Shown here piece after piece: positions 16,748 to 25,700 of a DNA stretch of 45,820 bases. The notes beneath the pieces are model-generated. The model worked only from the letters and a program-made list of their open reading frames with translations. It was not told where the DNA came from and searched no databases. The stretch is taken from positions 1-45,820 of the forward strand of contig JACQQY010000019.1 in the NCBI GenBank assembly GCA_016206825.1, written 5' to 3'. Every line of letters starts with the position of its first letter. The first letter of the stretch is position 1. A program made the position numbers and the translations under genes. This DNA is from Candidatus Omnitrophota bacterium (lineage in GTDB: Bacteria; Omnitrophota; Gorgyraeia; 2-02-FULL-51-18).

Positions 16748-19700
16748 ATGGACATGTTAAGAAATAAGAAAAATAAGAAAACCATGAAAGCCGGAAGGGC
16801 TATTTTTTCTCTCACTTCCTCATATCTTTTAAAAATTATCGCTGTTTTTCTTGTTGGTTCCCTCACTTTCGAGCAGTTCGCCTTCGCCTTTCCGGAAAAG
16901 AGGGTGGTGGGTAGTGGGTCGTGGGTGGTGGATGGGAAAAAAGAAGAAAAACTTGCAGGTTTTCGTCTGCCCGAATCGATCGCTTCCGTAGAAGATTCTT
17001 ATTTTCCTTCACCCACCACCCACAACCCACCACCCACGAGCCTGGTTTACCTCCTCCAAGACCCCCATACCAATTTCTCCGGGCAAATAAACTTAGCCAA
17101 AACCATTGATTGGGTTGTGGGTAGTGGGTCGTGGATTGTGGATAAAGAAAAAGCCCCAAAAGGTTTCACCCGCCACCCTTTCTACGTCTTCTTAGAAGCA
17201 GGCCAAGGCAACCACACCCTATCTTTCCTAAAAAAATACGCCTCCAAAGAAAAAACAAAAGAAATCGCTGAAAACTTCTTAAGGCAAGGTAAACTCCATG
17301 GAAGTGAATACCTCAATCTTACCTCAGACTACGACGTCACTCTCTGGGGAGTGGAGAATCTCCCGCTTTATTTTAAAGCTCTGGAAAGCTACAAGAAGAC
17401 AGCCTCCCAGAGAAACAAATTCCAAAGCTACCTAACCCAAATAGAATCCGCAATCAACGCTCTAAAACCAAGAATCTACAACCCTTCCGCCTATACCCTT
17501 GATAAGCAAAAAGACAAGTACGAAAAAGGAGAGTTGTCTCTGGCGGAATACTTTGAAGTTCTTTCCAATAGCTCAGAACACACCAAAACCTTCCCTCACC
17601 TTAAACTTCTAAACAAACTAAAGAAACTGGAAGACTCCATCGATTTCAACAAAGCCCGGGAAGAAGAACAAAAAGCCATCCACTCCCTTTCCATCCAAGA
17701 CCAAAAAGAATTAAAAGACCTCGCCCAATCCACCATGAAGCCTCTACAACGGCTTAACTCCAAAGAAGACCAAGCCTTCTTCTTTCTCGTGGAGGAAAAA
17801 CTAAATTCCAGACTTCCAGCGTACCCCCATCTTTCAAGTTACTTCCATTACCTAAAACTCTCAAAGAAACTCAAAGCCAACAACCTCTTAAAAGAACTAA
17901 AAGCCCTTGAAGCCCAGGCCTTTGATTCCTTGCTCATTAGCCAGGATGAAAAGACCCTCTTTCGTTCTTCCAAGACGCTGTCACTTCTCAAGAAGCTCTT
18001 TAACTTTCAACTGACTCCGGAAGAATGGCAAGAGTACCAGAAGCTTAAAGAAGAATGGATTCAAATCCCCCCCGCCCCCTTTCAAATAAAAAGGGGGTTG
18101 CTCTTTAGCTCTTTTTCTTTAAGTAAAAGAAAGCCCTTACCCCCTTTTCCTTTCAAAGGGGGCAGGGGGGATTTTATCACCGCCCTCACAGGCTTCCTCA
18201 ACAAGAAAATCATGGATTTTAAGGATTATTACAGGGAAACCGTGTTTCTTGAACCCGGCTTCGAAAAAATCGAGAAAGAAGCGGAAGCCTTCTATGACCT
18301 CACCTTCCAAAGAGACCAGGCTTTCATTCAAAACATGCTCCACAAACTCTCTCAAAGCTCTCAAATCCCCCCTGCCCCCTTTGAAGGGAAAAGGGGGTTG
18401 GTCGGGTTGGTTGAACCCCAGCGAACCTCACCCCCTTTTCTTCTTAAAGGGGGCAGGGGGGATTTAAACCCCTCCACCCACCACCCTGTTTTCCTCATGA
18501 CCGGAGGTTTTCATACTCCCAATCTCAAGAAACTCTTAAAAGAAAAAGGAATCTCCTACGTCGTCATCACTCCCCAAGTCTTCCACGAAACCAACCAAAA
18601 GCGCTACGAGAAGCTTCTCTTAAGCCGGGACCTTTCTTCGAAGCCCTTCACCCACGCCATTCCCCTTGGCCTGACACGTCCTTCTTACATCGGCGTTGAT
18701 CTTTTGCTGTACAAAGGAGATCTAGCCCATGGTTTTGCCAATACCGGGGAAGAGCTAAACTCAAAAGAAGAAGAAAGAGCGATCCTCGAAGAAATGAAAC
18801 GCCGCCTTGGAGGAAGAGACCCCCAAGTGGCCGAGCAAGGTTCTGTTCGTCCCACGGGGACGGGAGCGAGGCTGGCTTTGGAAGATCAAAAAATTCAAGT
18901 TTCAAGCTCTGGCCCTAAGGATGCAAGAATTGACCCAAAAGCTGGCAGGTTGACTCTTGCCAAAACTTTTATCAATTTTCTAAAGGCTTACTTTATTGTT
19001 GGGCTGGTTATTTTTTTCTGCTCCTGTAATTTGGGGCATCAAGATAAGAATGTTCAAAAGAACGCCTTGTCTCTCGCCGGAGAAACAAACATTCCCAAAG
19101 ACTTAGAATCTCTAAAACCCTTCTTGGAGCATCAAAATGACGATGTTCGGTCTGACGCCTGGCTTTTCGCCGGAGGAACAAACCTTTTCAAAAACTTGGA
19201 ATCTCTGAAACCATTGTTAGAGCATAAGGATGCGAATATTCGATCAGAAGCCTGGTTTCTTGCCAGAGAAAAAAACTTTTTCAAAGACTTGGAATCTCTA
19301 AAACCCTTCTTGGAGCATCAAAATGTCGGTGTTCAGGTTAGAGCCTGGTCTCTCGCCAAAGAAACAAACCTTTTCAAAGACTTAGAATCTCTAAAACCCT
19401 TGTTGGAGCATCAAGATAGCTATGTTCAGTCCACAGCCTGGTCTCTCGCCCGAGAAACAAACCTTTTCAAAGACTCGGAATCTCTAAAACCCTTCTTGGA
19501 ACATCAAAATGGCTATGTTCAGTTTAGAGCCTGCTCTTTCGCTCGAGAAACAAACCTTTTTAAAGACTTAGAATCTCTAAAACCCTTGTTGGAGTATCAA
19601 AATAGCTATGTTCAGTCCACAGCCTGGTCTCTCGCCAAAGAAACAAACCTTTTTAAAGATTTGGAATCTCTAAAGCCCTTCTTGAAACATCAAAATAACG

Positions 19701-22700
19701 ATGTTCGGTGTAAAGCCTGGTCTCTCGTCCGAGAAACAAACCTTTTCAAAGATTTGGAATCTCTAAAGCCCTTTTTATACGATAAAGGCAGGATAGTTTA
19801 TAAAGATGCGGTTTACTGTTTATCTGAATGTAAACTCTTTGAGAAAGAAAAAGACCTGAGCCCTTATTTAAAAGATACAAACCACCTAGAAATTGCTTGT
19901 GAGGCCTTAAAAGTTCTTATTGAAAGAAAAGAGTTTTCTTTGGACCCTTACGAAAACCTCCTCCGAGCCATTTCTATTGCCGAATACGATGCTGGGCATG
20001 GTTCCTTTGTCAATAAACCTAACAGTGAACTTTTTACGGAATTATACTCCCAATTTATTTCCAGGTTAAACAATCACTATGCTCAAAATAAGCTTACCCC
20101 TCTCCAAGAACTCGAAGATATCGGACTGCCCGTCCTTCACACACTTTCTTACTACAAGGAATACCTTAAAACCCTCCAAGAAGAAGACCGGCTTCTTTTT
20201 ACCAGAAAAGTTGCCGATCTCATCGTGGAGCAAAGAACGGCTCATCAAGATAAAATAATGATTGGAAGCGGTATGAAAGTCATTGTAGCGGCCCATGGAG
20301 AGCTTGGAGAAGGAGACTTGAGATTTGCGGATGCGAAGTTTATGAAGTTTCTTAAACAAATCACCGGTTTGGAAACTATCCCCGTTTTTAGAGGCTCCGA
20401 GGAAGACGTTAAGACCACCCAAGAAAAAAACAAATACCTCAAAGAACTGGAAGAGCTTTCAAGACAAAAAAAAGAATGTGTAATCATTGATCTTGGCCAT
20501 GGAGGCAAAGAGCATTTTTGGTTTTCCGGTGGACAGATAGAGAGTGAAGAGTCGGCCTCTCCTTATCATCCATTGGCCGTGAGTTTTAGGGAATATGCCG
20601 AAGCCTTTGTGAAGGGGCAGTCCCAAGAAAAAGAAATAGATCTTTCACACATCGCTATCATTCAGTCCGCTTGTTATCAGTATGATCTTGTTGAGAGGAT
20701 GTTCCAAGAGATTCTAAAGGTCACCAAGGAAGAGAAAAAATCCGTCAAATCACTTCCATTTGTTATGACACTAGCCAATAAAAACAGATTTGGTTTGTCA
20801 AATAAGCCAGGTACTTATACCTCAGAGCCTATTTTCAATGCCATTTATTCTCTTCGATTAAGGCATGGAATTCCTGTTCGTTTAAAGCACCTCTATCAAA
20901 TAGATCAAATGATTCGAGGAGAGGGTGGGCAAAACCCGGCTATTTTTATACCGATCGACCCACTCAAAGTCCAAGAGAAATTAGGGCTTCCCAAGGAAGT
21001 GGAAATAAAGCCGTTTCTTGAAATCGGCGCAAGATTAGCCCAACCCGGATCCCGCCCCGAGGAACTCACAGAAGTTTCTGCACAAACCCAAACCGGACGG
21101 GGTCCCGAAAAGGCGAAAGGGGACACGTTAGCCAAGGGGTCAAGTCTAGACAATAGACAAAGCGGTGTTAAGGTGCCGGAGTTGGGGGGCATGCGGTCAG
21201 GAGGAGATTTGACCCCTTCCGCAGGGACCGGCCTCTTCTCTAGTGAGAGTGCCGGTGGCGGTAGTATTGCTCTACCTTCATCGCCACGTAAAAGCCGACG
21301 AAGGTTAGAAGAATCACCGCTGAAAAGAATATTAGCGACTTTTCATCCACTTTTCTTTTCCTCCTCTGGTTGGAGTATGAATCCTGATAAAATCAAGCCG
21401 GCAAATATGACACCCAATATTATCACCCATACGGTAACACATCCATTGAGTGAAATCAAACCAAGCATGTGGACTGGCAATAAGGAGAAGGTTTCTACCG
21501 GCGCGAGGCTGGCGGGGCGGGTGCCGGGGTATTTTAAGAATCCGGACTTTCCTGAGTTCCGGGATTGGCTGCTTTCTTCGGATTCGCCGCTGACTGAGAG
21601 AGAGAAGGAGTTTTTGAAGATCCGTTATTGGTGGGGGGACGCCGGGACGGTTCAATCGTTAAAAGAGGTGATCTCAAAAAAAGAAATTCGTTCCAGACTT
21701 GGCTTGGGAAGGTGGGGAATAGCAAGGCTTTCCGCTCATTTGCGGCGGAAGATAAAAGAGCTTTACCGCCTGCGCCATGCACAAAAAGGATTTTATCCTT
21801 CAAACGAAGGGGAAACGGCCGCCGGCGTCAACTTTTTGCAGAGCTCTGGTTCAAGACCGGCAAAGGTGAACCACTCCAAGAATGCCGGGGCGAGGCTGGG
21901 GGAGAAAGAAAGTCAGGTTTCAGGGGCTGACCCCTTGATCGAACCCTCTTTATTAAAAGCGTGGTGGTTTGGGCGGGCTCATCGGTATGCGGCGGCGATG
22001 GGGGTTCCCGAGAAGAAAGCGTGGGAGGTGATCGACCGCGTTTTGGAGAGGTCGTCGTGGTTTGCCTGGAAGCGCGTTTGGCGAAAGGTGTGGATGGAAG
22101 AGGCCCTGAAAGAAAGCGAAGACATTATCTTGAAAGCGAACATGATTTACACCGCAAAAAGCTTTGTTTCAAGAGAAACTTCTTTTACCAATGAGGAAAA
22201 GGAAATATTCAAAGAAGCTCATGAACGGTATTTTCGTCTGAAAAACGGCGGGAAAGCCCGGATAGAACATGACGTCGAAATCCCTTCGAAAAATTTTGAT
22301 TATCCAATCCCGGCGGACTTCCTTCTTCCTCCTAACGCTTCAGGCTCGCATCCGGTTCCGGCGGTCATTCTCGTGCATGGGATGACTCACACGCGGTTTG
22401 AACCGGATCTTAATCCCTTGGTGAGGCGATTGCTGGAGAAAGGGATCGCCGTTTTGCGCGTCGAGCTTCCTTCCCATGGGGACAACCAAAATCGATTCAA
22501 AAAACCAGATGATCTCGATTGGATGGTGAAAGACTCGCTCGATTATCTTAAGAAAGATCCAAGAATCAAATCAGCGGCGATAGGCATCGCGGGTTTTAGT
22601 TTTGGAGCTTACGTGGTATTGAGATCGATTTTGGATGAGAAGATCGCTCCTTATTTGCGCGGTTTTGCGGCCATAGCGCCTCCCGCGATCCGCACGCTTA

Positions 22701-25700
22701 CTTCGTTTGTCCATCTGGTCGTCATTTTGCGCCCGATGAAATCGCAATTGATGAGAGTTTTTGGGGAGCGCTTTTCTTGGCCGCTGCACTCTAAGATTTC
22801 GAAGCTGGCGTTAAATGAAAATAGACTGCTGGAGCTGACCCAGGATACGCCGAGTTTGGAAAAGATCGCCGTGGTGTCGATGGGAAGCGACAGAGTGATT
22901 CACGATGCTGACATTAAAATTCTCTTTGAGGTTTTTGGAAAAGGACCGTCCCAGTATCGATTTTTTAAAAAGGCCTCCCATAACCTTATTGGCCAAGACA
23001 GGCAAGAAGCCGACGCGTTCATTGCCGACCATTTTGAGAAAGCCTTGGGATCAAATGGCGCGAGGTTGGGGGTGAAAGAAAGTGTCAAAAGTCAACGACT
23101 GACCCCAGAACCAAAAGAGGAAAAAAAGAAAGAAGCCGGTGCCCGGCTGGCAATTAATCAGCTTCTTATGTCAGCGGCTAAGGAAGATGTCTATGACAAA
23201 GCGGAAAGAGCGTTTCAGCTTTATCAACAAACGCCCCAGGGCAAACCATCGTTAACATCTGATGACAGAATTAGTTTGGAAACTCTGACCATTCTTCTGC
23301 TTAAAGCTTCACACGCCCAAGCAGGAGAACAGTCTATGTGGGCGCGGTTCTTTTGCCAAATAGATTCTGTTCGAAGAGCATGGCAAGAGCAGCACTTTCC
23401 AGGTGTTATCGAATGGCTGCAAAATTTCTCGGGGGATTCGGTTGTGGCTCAGGCACTCACAAGGTTTGGAACACAGACAAGGCTATCCGATCAGTCTCTT
23501 CCTGCCAAGGTGTCAGAAATTGTATTAGCCGATACATCCGGAGAAGGCAAAGATCTCATCGCCATCCCTACGGTCCAAGACGCATCAAAAACGAAAGAGT
23601 TTATCATGATTTTGAAACCACCTACATCATTTAATCCGGAAACCATTATTGAAATTGTGAAAAGGCTCATTTATTTCGGATACCACGTCGTAGGAATCAG
23701 AGTTTATTCGGGAGAACATTTTGCCGCGCATCCTGAAATCATTGGAAGCCAATACATGGAAGCTTGGGAAGGCTGTCAAAATGGAATTCAAAAAGCGGAA
23801 GAATGGGCCGAGATCAGAAGAATCTACGACACGGATGAGTTTGAAGCGACATTCGGTGAGCGTTACAGTGATCAAATGGTAATTCCAGCCGCTGAATTAG
23901 GAAAACGCTATGGATTTTCCAACGAAGAAATTACGGCTCTATGGGAAAGAGGAAGACGAGAAGCTTTATTTCATAATGGCCGCGCCACAGGCTTAAATAA
24001 GGTAGGCTCAGGGCGAAGCGTTTTTCCGGTCAAAGATCCACGAATCAACAGTGGCAGACCCATCATCATGGTTAATGGCTATGTGCCCAGTTTATTGAAA
24101 CTTTTCCAGGGGCCTGATGCCAGGACAGTGGTTTTTCTGATAAGGAATAGGGAGGATGTTCAGTTCCCTATGTCATGGGAATCTCTTCGCAAACAATTGC
24201 TTGGAAATGAAAATGATCCAAGCGCCAACCCTGCCGGCAGTATACGAAGAGATGCATGGACGGGAAATTTGCCGGTCAGACTTCAAGGCGTCTTGAACGG
24301 ACAAAAAAATGTGGCCCACCTCAGTTCGGGTCCGCTCGAAGGCTTGCGAGAAGCTCACATCATGATGGGGCGTGCCATTCAAGATGCGCCCTTTGGTCAA
24401 CAACTTCTTGCGGCAGGTTATCCAGAATCCCAAATCAAGTATCTCATGGGAAACCCAAAAGTGAGGTATTTGAATAAAGCAACCGGAATGTATGCTGTGG
24501 AATCACTTTTTCGATTGACGGAGTATCGAGAACCCAAAGAAGCTCTAGCAATCATCCTCGAATATTTTCCGCCGTATCGCGAATCAAATCCAGATTTAGC
24601 TTCAAGCGTTCCGTTTGACGAGTTTCTGGAAATACAACAAGCCTACCAGGAAGGAAGTTTGTCCGTGCGAACTAACCGCGTACAGGCGAATGTCGTCCAG
24701 ACATCCAGCGTCGAGCCAATCTACTTTCCTGGAATACCCGAAGATGAGATGAGGCGTCTCAATGAGACAGGCGTTGCCGGATTTCAGGCAGGAGAAGCGG
24801 CGCTTATTGTTCCCGGAGGCGGCACAGGAGGGCGTTATGGTGGTTACCATCTTCCGGAAAGTCATCCTGACCGCCAGAAGGTGTTGGCAAAAGCGCTTGA
24901 GGCAGCAAATGGCCTGCGAAGTCCCTTAGAAGTCAGAGCGGCGCACGTCCTGTGGTGGTCTCGTCATCATCAAGCAAAAATTCCGATTTTAATCATGGGA
25001 AATGAATCGAACCTTCCAGCCATAAATGACGCGCTGGAAGAAAATGACTATTACGGCCTTAATCCGAAACAAGTCGACGCCTATCAGCAAAACGGTATTT
25101 ACAGAATCAATCCTATGGCTAATGATTTATCCGGCCAGTCTGATGCCGCGCTGATTTTAGCCTCAAATGGAGAACCTGGTGGAATCTTTCGGGACGATGA
25201 GGGTCATGTCAGCGCTAAGCCTGCGGGTCACGTAGAAATTATTGCTCAGGCCGTCTTAAACCGCCGTCTCCTGAAACTGGCTCGACAAGGCGTCAAAGTG
25301 CTTGTAACCGCAAATGGGGATGATATGAGATTCCTCTTGGATCCTGCAAAGATTGCCTATTTCATGGAAAGTCCTGAGCAAATGATGGCTGTCCTAGCCT
25401 TAAAAGATGTGACTTATGCCATTCAAGTCTCAGGTCAAAAACATCGTTTGATTGTGCGAGGCCAAAAAGTCGTGCAATCAAGCTTGCCGAAGGAATTTCA
25501 TATCGAGATAGATGGAAACCAAGCACTGAAAATCACTCAAGACGGCAATCTCGTGGATATAGCCATTGAAAGTAAAAAAGTGGAAAAAGGCGGATCCCTG
25601 GTGGACTTGAAAGGTACTGATGAAATCCGGAGGCCTGTGATTCTCGAGGGGCCGGCGTTTCCAGACGAGGCAGACCAAGGTCAATTTCCGTACTTCAACA

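Larger units (their letters stand above)
17040..18600 (+). other. ChaN/TraB/Tiki-superfamily-like region of the giant protein, split by a long Lys-rich helical insert
   Basis: Motif resemblance only: LVYLLQDPHTNFSGQINLAKTI, VFLEAGQG and VFLMTGGFHTPNL resemble the GE.H / E / GxxH blocks of that superfamily. Confidence 0.3.

Noticed and set aside
18150-18465. RGD tripeptides (KGGRGDF / KGGRGDL) as possible integrin-type adhesion motifs.
   Set aside because: They are encoded by the terminal inverted repeat of the palindromic element (AAAGGGGGCAGGGGGGATTT). They also appear in the untranslated intergenic copy, so they are a by-product of the repeat sequence.
19031-19930. A regular 93-nt periodicity that could be mistaken for a CRISPR array or satellite.
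   Set aside because: There is no repeat/spacer alternation. The whole unit is repeated, stays in the giant ORF's reading frame and encodes a coherent 31-aa helical repeat.
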